Positions 9,148 to 19,343 of a stretch of 64,000 nucleotides of DNA are shown in pieces; position 1 is the stretch's first letter, and each line of letters opens with the position of its first letter. The stretch comes from a virus. Lineage: Duplodnaviria > Caudoviricetes. Below the pieces are notes generated by a model that saw nothing but the letters and a program-made list of their open reading frames with translations, searched no databases and was not told where the DNA came from. The translations under genes and the position numbers were made by a program. The stretch is from the IMG/VR virus record IMGVR_UViG_3300033076_001354, positions 93,624-157,623 of that record, one strand, 5' to 3'.

Positions 9148-10747
9148 GATATACTTAGGCAATAAGAACCTAAAGAGCCGCGACGTAAAGATTCCATTTA
9201 CGGCCGATCAGGTGCAGGAATACCTGAAGTGCGCCAGAGACGTTGAATACTTTTGTCAGAAGTACGTAAAGATCGTCAACGTCGACCGTGGTCTCATAGA
9301 TTTCCAGCCCTATAAGTACCAAGTCAAGATGTTCGATGTCTTCGACTCGAATAGGTACACCATCTGTAAGATGCCTCGTCAGGTCGGTAAGACCACGGGC
9401 GTCGTCGGCTACCTGCTGCACAAAGTCCTATTCAATGAGAACTACAACGTTGCCGTCCTCGCGAACAAGGAGAGACAAGCGCGTGAGATCTTGGCTAGAG
9501 TTCAGCTCGCTTACGAGTGGCTTCCAAAGTGGATGCAGCAGGGCATAGTCGAGTGGAACAAGGGAAGCATCGAGCTTGAGAACGGGTCGAAGATCCTCGC
9601 TTCGTCGACCTCATCTAGCGCGATCCGCGGTCAGTCCTACAACCTCATCTACCTAGACGAGTTCGCGTTCGTTCCGCGAAACATCCAAGACCAGTTCTTC
9701 GCCTCGGTGTTCCCGACGATTTCATCCGGTCAGACTACGAAGCTCATCATCACCTCGACTCCGAACGGTATGGACCTATTCTATAAGATCTGGATCGACT
9801 CCGAGCAGGATCGAAATACCTACGCGCGTGTCGACGTTCATTGGTCAGACGTGCCGGGACGCGACGAAGCTTGGAAGGAACTGATGATCAAGAACACCTC
9901 GGTCGATCAGTTCAGGCAGGAGTTTGAGTGTGAGTTCCTTGGGTCGTCGAACACACTCATCCACCCGTCGGTCCTATCGAGGCTCGTGTTCTTCCCGCCT
10001 CAGACGAGTCAGCAGGGCGTCAACGTCTTCAGCGAACCCAAGAAGGGTCACCAGTACTTCATGACAGTCGACTTGGCCGAGGGTCTTGGGCAGGACAGCT
10101 CAGCCTTCACGGTCATAGACACGACGACCGTGCCGTACGAGGTAGTGGCCACCTATCAGAACAGCAGCATATCTGAGCTCCTGTTTCCAACCCTTATCAT
10201 GAACGTGGCTAGGTACTTCAATGAGGCTTGGGTCTTGATTGAGACGAACATTGGGTCGCAGGTCGTCAACATCCTACACCAAGACCTTGAGTACGAGAAC
10301 GTTGTCACCACGAAGACGAGCGGGCGGAAGGGCGTCTTGCTTGGAGCGGGCGGTACACAGAGTCGCCTAGGCGTTAAGACGACCAAAGTTACGAAAAGAA
10401 TCGGGTGCTCAAACCTCAAGTCGCTAGTCGAGTCCGACAAGCTTAAGCTCAACGACTTCAACATCATACAGCAGCTTTCCACCTACGTTGCCGATAAGAA
10501 TTCCTACAACGCCGAAGAGGGTCACCACGACGACTTGGTCATGTGCTTGGTGCTCTTCTCATGGATGGTGAGCCAAGAATACTTTAAGGAGTTGTCGGAC
10601 ACAGACGTTCGTCAAAGGATACTCGAAGAGAACGAGAGGCAGATGGAGGAGAACATGTCTCCGTTCGGCTTTCAAGACGACGGCATGCCCGAAGAGCAGG
10701 TCATGACCGTCTCGAGCGATGAGTTCGACCGCCTTCTTCTAAACTAG
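9140..10747 (+). CDS. gp17: Terminase large subunit gp17
   Basis: Walker A PRQVGKTT, Walker B YLDEFAF, TSTPNG, C-terminal nuclease motif HDDLVM. Confidence 0.97.
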   Translation: MSEIYLGNKNLKSRDVKIPFTADQVQEYLKCARDVEYFCQKYVKIVNVDRGLIDFQPYKYQVKMFDVFDSNRYTICKMPRQVGKTTGVVGYLLHKVLFNENYNVAVLANKERQAREILARVQLAYEWLPKWMQQGIVEWNKGSIELENGSKILASSTSSSAIRGQSYNLIYLDEFAFVPRNIQDQFFASVFPTISSGQTTKLIITSTPNGMDLFYKIWIDSEQDRNTYARVDVHWSDVPGRDEAWKELMIKNTSVDQFRQEFECEFLGSSNTLIHPSVLSRLVFFPPQTSQQGVNVFSEPKKGHQYFMTVDLAEGLGQDSSAFTVIDTTTVPYEVVATYQNSSISELLFPTLIMNVARYFNEAWVLIETNIGSQVVNILHQDLEYENVVTTKTSGRKGVLLGAGGTQSRLGVKTTKVTKRIGCSNLKSLVESDKLKLNDFNIIQQLSTYVADKNSYNAEEGHHDDLVMCLVLFSWMVSQEYFKELSDTDVRQRILEENERQMEENMSPFGFQDDGMPEEQVMTVSSDEFDRLLLN

Positions 10748-10753
10748 CCTTTT

Positions 10754-10761
10754 TATAAATA
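10754..10761 (+). promoter_or_regulatory. T4-type late promoter
   Basis: TATAAATA upstream of gp18. Confidence 0.85.
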
Positions 10762-10807
10762 AGAATACGATTTATTGCTCTAATTTTATGATACAAAGGA
10801 GAAAATC

Positions 10808-12835
10808 ATGCCATTTCAAGTAAGTCCTGGCGTTAACGTCTCTGAAATTGACCTTACCACTATCGTCCCTGCAGTGTCAACCACTCAGGGTGGTATTGCT
10901 GGGGTTTTCAGATGGGGACCGGCCAATGACAGAGTTCTGATCTCGAGCGAAGATGAACTCGTGGCCGTCTATGGACGCCCAACAGCAAACAACTACGAAA
11001 CCTTCTTTACCGCCTCGAGCTTCTTGGCTTACGGTAACCAGCTCTATGTTGTTCGCAGCATTGCTTCTAACTCGTACAACTCAGTGGCGGCTGTTAACAG
11101 CTCGGTCGCTTTCGCGAACACTCAAGTCAAGAACGAAGATTCATACAACGATCAAGTTGGAACTTTTGACGCGAATGCCTACTGGGTCGCCAAGTACGCC
11201 GGCTATCTCGGAAACAGCTTGAAGATCTCGACCTGCGAGTCTTCAAACGCTTACACCGCTTCTTTGGCCGGTAACTCAGACTGCGTGCCGGCTTTCAGCT
11301 TCGCGATCAACAGCAACACCCTTCAGATCGTTGTCACCTCGGCGACTTCGAACACCAACGCGAACACGATGGCAAACACCATCGTCAACAAGATCAACGT
11401 CGGTGACTACATCGTCGCTGGTAACACTTCGCTTGGCACACAGAACATCAAGGTTACCGCCGTCGGCGCTCCTTCGGTGACTGCCAACTCGACTGTCTAT
11501 ACAGCTCAAGCGAACATCTCCTTGGCAACGACCTATAACTTGTCACAGAACGTAAGCTCAAACACCGCGACTAGGTACTGGGAATACTTCAACTTCGTCG
11601 ATGCCGCTCCAGGAACTTCATTGTACACGGCAGCTGCAGGCGGTTCAGGCGACGAAATGCACGTTGTCATCGCCGACGAAGACGGTTCATTTACGGGCAA
11701 CGCCGGTCAAGTCCTTGAAGTCTGGAAGAATCTCTCCCGTGCTTCCGACGCGAAGACTGAAGACGGTGCAACCAACTTCTATCAGACCGTGATCAATCAG
11801 AACTCTCAGTATGCTTGGTTCGCGAATGCAAGGGCCGGTGTGACTTCAAACACCGCGGCAAACATGACCGCCATTACGGTTGGACCATATACTCAATCGT
11901 TCCGCGGCGGATACGACGGTGTGACGGAAAGCACTCAAACCCTCGCCAACCTGTCATCGGCGTACTCCAAGTTCGCTAAGTCTGAACAGGTCGACGTTTC
12001 ATTGATTCTTACCGGTAAGAATCAGTATGGTACAGTCGGTGAAGGCCTTGCAAACTGGATCATCGACAACGTCGCAGAAGTTCGCAAAGACTGCTTGGTT
12101 CTCATCTCCCCTGAGAAGACACTCGTGGTTTCCAGCAACCTTCACAGCCCAGCGGACTCGATCGTCAGCTTCAGGAACGCTCTCCACAACAGCTCTTACG
12201 CCGTCATGGATTCTGGCTATAAGTACATGTACGACAAGTACAATGACACCTATCGCTGGGTTCCTCTCAATGGCGACATCGGCGGTACGATCGTTCGCAC
12301 CGACAACACCAGAGACCCATGGTTCTCGCCGGCCGGCTTGAATCGTGGTCAGATCAAGAACGTTGTCAAGCTCGCTTACAACCCAGACAAGGCAGACAGG
12401 GACGTCATCTACAAGGCTGACATCAACCCAGTCGTTAATTTTCCGGGTGAAGGCACTGTGCTCTACGGCGATAAGACCCTCCTCGGCAAGCCCTCGGCTT
12501 TCGACAGGATCAACGTAAGGCGCTTGTTCATCGTCCTCGAAAAGGCGATCTCAACTTCGGCTAAGTTCACCCTCTTCGAATTCAACGACGAATTCACGAG
12601 AGCGACTTTCCGTAACCTTGTTGAACCATACCTCAGGGACATCAAGGGTCGTCGCGGCATCTACGACTTCCGAGTCGTCTGCGATGAGACCAACAATACA
12701 CCTGAGCGCATCGATCGCAACGAGTTCTGGGGTGACATCTATATCAAGCCGGCTCGTTCAATCAACTTCATCCAACTCAATTTCGTCGCTGTCCGCACAG
12801 GCGTTCAGTTCGATGAAATCGTTGGTAGGTTCTAA
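10808..12835 (+). CDS. gp18: Tail sheath protein gp18
   Basis: 'SPGVNVSEIDLT', 'PWFSPAG', 'FDRINVRRLF', 'IKPARSINFIQLNF'. Confidence 0.97.
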   Translation: MPFQVSPGVNVSEIDLTTIVPAVSTTQGGIAGVFRWGPANDRVLISSEDELVAVYGRPTANNYETFFTASSFLAYGNQLYVVRSIASNSYNSVAAVNSSVAFANTQVKNEDSYNDQVGTFDANAYWVAKYAGYLGNSLKISTCESSNAYTASLAGNSDCVPAFSFAINSNTLQIVVTSATSNTNANTMANTIVNKINVGDYIVAGNTSLGTQNIKVTAVGAPSVTANSTVYTAQANISLATTYNLSQNVSSNTATRYWEYFNFVDAAPGTSLYTAAAGGSGDEMHVVIADEDGSFTGNAGQVLEVWKNLSRASDAKTEDGATNFYQTVINQNSQYAWFANARAGVTSNTAANMTAITVGPYTQSFRGGYDGVTESTQTLANLSSAYSKFAKSEQVDVSLILTGKNQYGTVGEGLANWIIDNVAEVRKDCLVLISPEKTLVVSSNLHSPADSIVSFRNALHNSSYAVMDSGYKYMYDKYNDTYRWVPLNGDIGGTIVRTDNTRDPWFSPAGLNRGQIKNVVKLAYNPDKADRDVIYKADINPVVNFPGEGTVLYGDKTLLGKPSAFDRINVRRLFIVLEKAISTSAKFTLFEFNDEFTRATFRNLVEPYLRDIKGRRGIYDFRVVCDETNNTPERIDRNEFWGDIYIKPARSINFIQLNFVAVRTGVQFDEIVGRF

Positions 12836-12852
12836 TAGGTAGGAGTTAATAA

Positions 12853-13407
12853 ATGGCTTTCTCGATCAATGACATCAGGGCTCAATTAACTCTAGGTGGC
12901 GCGCGCCCTGCACTGTTCCAAGTCACCATCACGAACCCCGTGGCTCCCATCGCGGACCTCAAGGTTCCATTCCTCACGGTGAGGGCGGAGATTCCCGCCT
13001 CCACCATCGGTAACATCGCAGTTCCATACTTCGGCCGCAAAGTATACGTGGCCGGAGACCGCACCTTCGCGCCGTGGACGGTCACCATCATCAACGATGA
13101 AGACTTCCTCATCCGCAACGCGATGGAGCAGTGGAACAACTCGATCAATGCCTACGAAGCGAACATCAACAAGCTTGGCTCGGGAGCTCCTGCGCTCTAT
13201 AAGTCTCAGGCTACTGTGACTCACTTCGGTAAAGCTGGCGAAGTGCTTAGGACTTATCAGTTCAACGGCCTCTTCCCAGTCGAAGTCTCGAACATCGGTC
13301 TTGACTGGAATGCTCAAGATCAATTGGAAGAGTTCAACGTAACCTTCCTCTACGATAACTTCGAGATCATCGGCGGCATCACCGGCAACGCCGGCGGGTC
13401 GATCTAA
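12853..13407 (+). CDS. gp19: Tail tube protein gp19
   Basis: 'GGARPALF', 'AGDRTFAPWTVTIINDEDF'. Confidence 0.95.
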   Translation: MAFSINDIRAQLTLGGARPALFQVTITNPVAPIADLKVPFLTVRAEIPASTIGNIAVPYFGRKVYVAGDRTFAPWTVTIINDEDFLIRNAMEQWNNSINAYEANINKLGSGAPALYKSQATVTHFGKAGEVLRTYQFNGLFPVEVSNIGLDWNAQDQLEEFNVTFLYDNFEIIGGITGNAGGSI

Positions 13408-13417
13408 TAACTAGGAG

Positions 13418-13451
13418 GAGCCGCTATAAATAATACTATAGCGGCTCTTTC
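13418..13451 (+). terminator. Hairpin terminator after gp19 that contains the late promoter for gp20
   Basis: 11-bp inverted repeat GAGCCGCTATA / TATAGCGGCTC followed by TTT; TATAAATA lies at 13425-13432. Confidence 0.7.
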
Positions 13452-13464
13452 ATAGGAAATCATT

Positions 13465-15024
13465 ATGCAGTTATTTGGATTTGAAATCAAGAGAAAAGAA
13501 GAGCAGCCTCTTGAGTCTTTCGCCCCAGAAGTCAAGGATGACGGTGCAGTAGTCGTAGCCGCAGGAGGCATGTACGGCACCTACATCGATTTAGACGGGA
13601 CGGCGAGGACTGAGGCTGAACTCGTTTCCAAATACAGAGAGATTTCACTCGAGGCGGAGATCGAGAGAGCGATTGACGACATCGTCAATGAAGCCATCGA
13701 CACCGACGCGAACGACGTAGTTCAAATCATCCTCGACAAGATTGAGTACGGCGACGACGTAAAGAATCGGATCCGCGAAGAGTTCGACACCGTCCTTGAA
13801 CTTCTCAACTTCCAGAATGAAGCCTATGAGATCTTCAAGCGCTGGTACGTCGACGGACGACTCTACTACCACGCGATCATCGACGAAAAGAATCCTAGGG
13901 CTGGCATCCAAGAGATCCGCTATCTCGACCCGCGCAAGATCCGCAAGGTGCGCGAAGTAAAGAAAGAGCCTAAGGGTCCAATCACAGTTCAAAAGACTAA
14001 GCGCGAGTACTTTGTGTACTCCGAGCGCTCGTTCGTAGCTGCACCGGGAAATGCCGGTCTTGCCCAAGACAACAACTCGACCGGTGGTCTCAGGATCGCG
14101 ACCGATTCAATCATTCACGTCACATCGGGCCTGATGGATAAGAACAACCAGATGGTTTACTCTTATCTGCAGAAGGCGATCAAGCCTCTCAACCAACTGA
14201 GGACTCTTGAAGATGCTACTGTTATCTATCGTATTTCTAGGGCTCCTGAGCGCCGTATCTTCTATATCGATGTCGGTAACCTACCTAAAGTCAAAGCAGA
14301 ACAATACCTCAGAGACATGATGGTTCGTCATAAGAATCGCTTGGTGTACGACGCAGTCACAGGTGAGGTTCGCGACGATCGCAAGTACATGACGATGCTT
14401 GAAGATTATTGGCTGCCGCGCCGCGAGGGTAACCGCGGGACTGAGATCACGACTCTTCCGGCTGGTCAGAACCTTGGCGAGATGCAGGACGTCGAGTACT
14501 TTCAGATGAAGCTCTTCCGTTCACTCAACGTTCCGGTTTCTCGTCTCAACACCGAGACCGCAAACGTATTGGGTCGCTCATCTGAGATCTCAAGGGATGA
14601 AGTCAAGTTCACTAAGTTCGTCGGCCGCCTTCGCCGCAGGTTCTCCATGCTCTTCTTGGAAGCGCTCAAGAAGCAGCTTGTTCTTAAGGGAATTTGTTCG
14701 GAAGAAGATTGGACCGAGCTGCAGCAGCAGATCAACTTCGACTTCACCAAAGACAACCACTTCGAAGAGTTCAAAGAAATCGAAGTGTTGCAGGGAAGGA
14801 TCAACCTTCTCAATCAAGTCATGCCCTACATCGGCAGGTATTACTCAGACCTCTGGGTTCGCAAGAACATCCTTATGATGGACGAGAAAGAGATCGCCGA
14901 CATGATGAATGAGATGGAGACCGAGAAGGTTCCGTTGACTCCTCCGGTAGAAGCGGGTCAACCGGCACCTCCGCCACCCATCGCGAATAAGCCAAACATT
15001 CCCGGAACCGGCGAACAGTACTAA
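13465..15024 (+). CDS. gp20: Portal protein gp20
   Basis: 'YRISRAPERRIFYIDVGNLPK.KAEQY', 'EDYWLPRREG', 'EITTLP'. Confidence 0.97.
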   Translation: MQLFGFEIKRKEEQPLESFAPEVKDDGAVVVAAGGMYGTYIDLDGTARTEAELVSKYREISLEAEIERAIDDIVNEAIDTDANDVVQIILDKIEYGDDVKNRIREEFDTVLELLNFQNEAYEIFKRWYVDGRLYYHAIIDEKNPRAGIQEIRYLDPRKIRKVREVKKEPKGPITVQKTKREYFVYSERSFVAAPGNAGLAQDNNSTGGLRIATDSIIHVTSGLMDKNNQMVYSYLQKAIKPLNQLRTLEDATVIYRISRAPERRIFYIDVGNLPKVKAEQYLRDMMVRHKNRLVYDAVTGEVRDDRKYMTMLEDYWLPRREGNRGTEITTLPAGQNLGEMQDVEYFQMKLFRSLNVPVSRLNTETANVLGRSSEISRDEVKFTKFVGRLRRRFSMLFLEALKKQLVLKGICSEEDWTELQQQINFDFTKDNHFEEFKEIEVLQGRINLLNQVMPYIGRYYSDLWVRKNILMMDEKEIADMMNEMETEKVPLTPPVEAGQPAPPPPIANKPNIPGTGEQY

Positions 15025-15027
15025 TTT

Positions 15028-15035
15028 TATAAATA
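15028..15035 (+). promoter_or_regulatory. T4-type late promoter
   Basis: TATAAATA. Confidence 0.85.
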
Positions 15036-15058
15036 CTATGTAGATTTTGGAGGATTTT

Positions 15059-15283
15059 ATGACTGATATATCTGATATTTTTCACTCAGCGTTCACAAAG
15101 GACGCAGTAGGACTCAAAGCGGCCGTCGACGCAGCCATGACTGCTCGTTCACAGCAGGCAATTGCTGACATAACGGCAGACGTTGCGGCCAGCATGTTTG
15201 GTGTCACAGTGGGTGAAGATTCCTCCGACGAAGAAACAATCGAAGACTCAAGTCAGGAAGAACAAACAGATGAAGCTCTATGA
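15059..15283 (+). CDS. Small acidic prohead core protein (gp67-like position)
   Basis: GGAGG SD then ATG at 15059; acidic C-terminus; position between gp20 and the gp68-like gene. Confidence 0.6.
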   Translation: MTDISDIFHSAFTKDAVGLKAAVDAAMTARSQQAIADITADVAASMFGVTVGEDSSDEETIEDSSQEEQTDEAL

Positions 15284-17288
15284 CAAACTAAAGAAAAGCA
15301 TAACCGAAGTTCAAGAGCCTCTCTCACAGGGTGAGAAGAACTTCAAGGCTCTTCACAACCCAGACTTTAAGAACCTCGTTCCCGGTGTTACCGATCAAGA
15401 GCACCTGTTCAAAGGGCTTCCGCGCAGGGAAGACCCTAAGTCTGCTTCCTATGAAAACTTTAGGGACGACGATGAGTCAACCGAAGCCTATGACAAGACG
15501 ATGAAAGTTAAAGAAGACGAAGAGAAAGACGTCGACATCGACGAAGCTCGGTCGGAGCTTTACATCGGAACAGTTCACAAGGACGATCCCGACTACGATA
15601 AAAAAGTCGGCGAGATGAAGAAGAAAGCGGTCGGCGGGCACCGTGTTCGTGGCCGTGCCCCGCTAGCAAAGTTCAAGCACCTCTATAAGAAGGGTGGTGA
15701 GCTTCATACTATGACTTCACAGGACGTCAAGCCTGAGCACAGCGCGCGAGTCGATGTCTACTCAAGGAAGCCGATGAAGAACGAAGAGGTCGAGCAGGTC
15801 GAAGAGGAGCATCAGTACATTGAGGTGATCAGCAAGACCGGCGCCAAGAGACACGTTAAAGTTCACCCCTCAAAAGCTTTCGCGGCTCTCAATCAATATA
15901 AGAAAGACGGCAACAAAGCCCGCATAGTTTCTAAGAAGTCAATGAAAGAAGACGTTGAGCAGGTCGATGAAGTCCTCACCAAGAAGACTCCAATTGGAAC
16001 TTGGATCTCCGACTTTGTTCACAGCAAGAATCCTAAGTTTGCTGGCAAGAGCAAGAAAGAGCGCATGAAACAAGCTATGGGCGCTTATTACGCCAAGCAG
16101 AGGAATGAATCTTTAAGCATCGAAGAAGCGGCTGAAGACGACTGGGAAGGCCTCATGGCCAAGACCGAATTGTCGGCCATTCGCGACAAGGCTGATAAGT
16201 TGATCTCCATGATCAAGGATTCAGCGGACCTTGAAGCTTGGGTTCAATCAAAGATCGCGTACGCCAAGGTTCAGCTCGACGGCGTCTACGACTATATGAC
16301 CTACAGCGGTGAGCACAAGTCGGACAGCAATGAACCTCAAGATCAGACGTCACCGATGGCCGCCAACTACGCCAACTTTATGAACCGCATGGGTGAAGAG
16401 TTCGTGGTTGAGAAGAAGGGCGACGACGAAGACGAGTCGGATCGCGCTGCCAATAAGAACATCATCAATCAGATGCGCAAAGCCCCGATCGATGGTATGC
16501 ACAAGCTTACTTTCGAGAACGGAAACAAGCACCTTGTCGACCCTAAGCACGTCGCTAAAGCCCTCGAGGTTCACGCGAACACACCGGTCGCCAAGGGCGC
16601 TAAAGAAGACGTGCAGAACGCTCTCGCTCGTTCTCACGAAGATTTCATGCACGTCGTGAAGCACGGCAAGGCTCCAGCTGTAAAGCCGAAGCTTAAGGTT
16701 TCACTCGGCACGATGCGTAAAGAAGATACCGATATGGCAACCCGCGAAAGCGGCAGGAAAGCCCGTGAAGCCATCATGATTACCGGCAAAGACGGCCGTC
16801 CTAAAGTTAAGTACTTCACACCCGCTCGCAAAGAGATCAAGGTGACTTCTGAAGAGCTGAAGGGCAACCAACACAAGATCGACGCCAACCACAACGGTAA
16901 GATCGACGGACAAGACTTCAAGATCCTTCGCGGAAAGAAGAAGAAAGTTCAAGAAGCCGAAGAGATGACGGCGGCCAACGTTGCTAAAGCTGCAGCCACT
17001 CAGACTCAGTTCGGTGTGGTCGGCAGCAAGAATATGCAGCAGGACAGCATCGATAAGATGAAGTCTGATCCTCTTGCGTCGAAAGAAAAAGTTGAGCTTC
17101 CTCCGACTCAGGGCAACAAGCCGATCGGCGGAGACACTCAGACCCATCCGAACGTTGCTGAAGAAATTCTATTAAATAAACTATACGACAGTTTATCAGA
17201 ACAAAACAAGGCGAAGTTCGACGCCATGCTTGAGACCGACGAAGGTATTGAGTATCTCTTGAACTTCGCTAGGGAGCAGGGACTATAA
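15270..17288 (+). CDS. Large modular prohead core/internal head protein (gp68-like position)
   Basis: Position between gp67-like gene and gp21; repeated acidic linkers (IDE, EEVEQVEE, EDVEQVDE, IEE, VVE, VQE); C-terminal 'LYDSLSEQNKAKF' resembles prohead core protein ends. Confidence 0.7.
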   Translation: MKLYDKLKKSITEVQEPLSQGEKNFKALHNPDFKNLVPGVTDQEHLFKGLPRREDPKSASYENFRDDDESTEAYDKTMKVKEDEEKDVDIDEARSELYIGTVHKDDPDYDKKVGEMKKKAVGGHRVRGRAPLAKFKHLYKKGGELHTMTSQDVKPEHSARVDVYSRKPMKNEEVEQVEEEHQYIEVISKTGAKRHVKVHPSKAFAALNQYKKDGNKARIVSKKSMKEDVEQVDEVLTKKTPIGTWISDFVHSKNPKFAGKSKKERMKQAMGAYYAKQRNESLSIEEAAEDDWEGLMAKTELSAIRDKADKLISMIKDSADLEAWVQSKIAYAKVQLDGVYDYMTYSGEHKSDSNEPQDQTSPMAANYANFMNRMGEEFVVEKKGDDEDESDRAANKNIINQMRKAPIDGMHKLTFENGNKHLVDPKHVAKALEVHANTPVAKGAKEDVQNALARSHEDFMHVVKHGKAPAVKPKLKVSLGTMRKEDTDMATRESGRKAREAIMITGKDGRPKVKYFTPARKEIKVTSEELKGNQHKIDANHNGKIDGQDFKILRGKKKKVQEAEEMTAANVAKAAATQTQFGVVGSKNMQQDSIDKMKSDPLASKEKVELPPTQGNKPIGGDTQTHPNVAEEILLNKLYDSLSEQNKAKFDAMLETDEGIEYLLNFAREQGL

Positions 17289-17536
17289 TGGCAAACGCAC
17301 TTAAGCCGATCGGCGCTGAAAGATCAATCGCTTCAGCGAACAACGTTGCTTCAGGCAAGCTTGTTAGAGTCATCAATACGGGTGCTGCAGCCGTTCTCAA
17401 CTTCGCCTATGCGAATGCGACGGTATACGCCAACATCACGGTAACGAACACTGAGTTCGTCGTGGTTGAAAAGCAACCAACGGACACACTAACTGGTGCG
17501 AATATGCTTGCCACCCCGCTTGCATATACACACTGA
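17288..17536 (+). CDS. Small hypothetical head-module protein
   Basis: 82 aa translationally coupled between the core protein and gp21. Confidence 0.6.
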   Translation: MANALKPIGAERSIASANNVASGKLVRVINTGAAAVLNFAYANATVYANITVTNTEFVVVEKQPTDTLTGANMLATPLAYTH

Positions 17537-17546
17537 GGAAACTAAA

Positions 17547-18206
17547 ATGAAGCTCATAGCAGAACTCAACGAGTCGGTAAAGGTAATCACCGAAGAGGGT
17601 GTAGAAGGAAAGAAGAACCTCTACATCCACGGCCCTTTCATTCAGACCGAAGTAAAGAATCGCAACGGTCGCATGTATCGTCGTGAGTCGGTAGCCCGTG
17701 AAGTCAATAGGTACAACGAGGAATACGTTCAGAAGGGTCGCGCGCTCGGCGAGCTTGGTCACCCCGACGGTCCTTCACTAAACCTTGACCGCGTATCTCA
17801 TAAGATCGTGTCGTTGGTTCCGGAAGGCAACGACTTCATCGGCAAGGCTCAGATCCTTTCAACTCCGATGGGTGAGATCGCCCGCAACCTCATCGAGTCC
17901 GGCGTTCAGCTTGGCGTCTCGACCCGCGGTATGGGTTCGCTAAAAGAAGTCAACGGAGTCCAAGTCGTTCAAGACGACTTCTACCTCGCGACCGCGGCCG
18001 ACATCGTGGCCGACCCGTCCGCCCCGAATGCTTTCGTCAACGGCATCATGGAGGGCGTCGATTGGGTCTGGGACAACGGCCTGCTGAAAGCCCAAGAGCT
18101 TGAGAAAGCAAAACAAAAGATTGAAGAGTCCGCCCGCAAGGTGAACAAGAAGGAGCTGGAAGAGGCTCAACTCCGGATCTTCAAGCATTTCATTTCAAAT
18201 CTTTGA
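17547..18206 (+). CDS. gp21: Prohead protease gp21
   Basis: 'NRNGRMY', 'ALGELGHP', 'GVSTRGMGSL', 'DIVADPSAP'. Confidence 0.96.
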   Translation: MKLIAELNESVKVITEEGVEGKKNLYIHGPFIQTEVKNRNGRMYRRESVAREVNRYNEEYVQKGRALGELGHPDGPSLNLDRVSHKIVSLVPEGNDFIGKAQILSTPMGEIARNLIESGVQLGVSTRGMGSLKEVNGVQVVQDDFYLATAADIVADPSAPNAFVNGIMEGVDWVWDNGLLKAQELEKAKQKIEESARKVNKKELEEAQLRIFKHFISNL

Positions 18207-18210
18207 GTTT

Positions 18211-18218
18211 TATAAATA
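18211..18218 (+). promoter_or_regulatory. T4-type late promoter
   Basis: TATAAATA before gp22. Confidence 0.85.
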
Positions 18219-18244
18219 CTTTAAGAAAAAACAGGAGTATTCTA

Positions 18245-19303
18245 ATGTCTGAAGAAAACTTGAACCACGAAGATCTTGAAATCGACACCGTTGAGGCCGT
18301 CGAAGAAGAGACTTCAAACGCAGGAACGATCGCCGCAAAGCCGACCGTTTCCCGCTCAGACCTCATCAAGAACATGGTTTCTTATGCCACCAAGCTCGCA
18401 CCGGAAGAACTCGCTGACTTCGTTGCCCGCATCGGTTCTGCAGAAGAAATGACTTCGTCGAACGACGCCAACTACGCTGCTGCAGTGCAAGTTACCGGCG
18501 ACACTTCGGGTAAGAACAAAGCATCCATCAAGTCTTCTGGCGCACAGGGCGAAGCACCTAAGGGTCTTCCGTCTGCCGTTAAGGAAGACCTTGCTCTCGT
18601 CTTCGGTGATTCTCTCGATCTTTCGGAAGAATTCAAAGACAAGATCTCGACCCTCTTTGAAGCAGCGGTCATGACTCGCGTTGAGCTTGAAAAAGTTCGC
18701 GTCGAGGAAGAAGTCGCGGCGGAAGCTGAACAAGCTCTCGAAGCTCTCAAAGAAGAGATGGAAGAGAACATCGACGCTTATCTCAACTACGCGGTCGCTG
18801 AATGGCTCGAGCAAAATAAGCTCGCGGCCGAGAACAACATCAAGCTTGAAATGGCTGAGTCGTTCTTTGGCGGTCTTCGCAACCTCTTCACCGAACACTA
18901 CATCGACATTCCTAATGAGGAAGTCAGTGTCGTTGAATCGCTTATGGCTGAAGTTGAAGAGCTTAAGTCTCAGATCAATGAGACGACTGAAAAGAACATC
19001 GAACTCACTAAGATTGTTTCTCAGAAAGAAGTGTCTGAGTCGGCAGCTAAATTGGCTGAAGGCATGACAGATACTCAGAAAGAAAAGTTCACTAAGTTGA
19101 TCGAAGCCGTTGACTATTCTTCAGTCGAAGAATTCAACAAGAAGGCCAACATCATCAAGGAAACTTATTTCACTAAGAGCGACGTCAAGGTGAACACCGA
19201 CCAGCTTCTCAGTGAGTCAGTCGATGAGCCTGCCAAGGTTGAACACGTTGCCCCTGAGATGCAGGCTTATGTTCAGTCGCTTTCTAGAACCGTTAAAAAG
19301 TAA
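18245..19303 (+). CDS. gp22: Prohead core scaffold protein gp22
   Basis: 'LSEEFKDKISTLFEAAV', acidic coiled coil, 'IKETYF'; synteny. Confidence 0.92.
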   Translation: MSEENLNHEDLEIDTVEAVEEETSNAGTIAAKPTVSRSDLIKNMVSYATKLAPEELADFVARIGSAEEMTSSNDANYAAAVQVTGDTSGKNKASIKSSGAQGEAPKGLPSAVKEDLALVFGDSLDLSEEFKDKISTLFEAAVMTRVELEKVRVEEEVAAEAEQALEALKEEMEENIDAYLNYAVAEWLEQNKLAAENNIKLEMAESFFGGLRNLFTEHYIDIPNEEVSVVESLMAEVEELKSQINETTEKNIELTKIVSQKEVSESAAKLAEGMTDTQKEKFTKLIEAVDYSSVEEFNKKANIIKETYFTKSDVKVNTDQLLSESVDEPAKVEHVAPEMQAYVQSLSRTVKK

Positions 19304-19343
19304 TTTTGAATAAATAATTTAGACCCCCGAAAGGAGAAACCAA

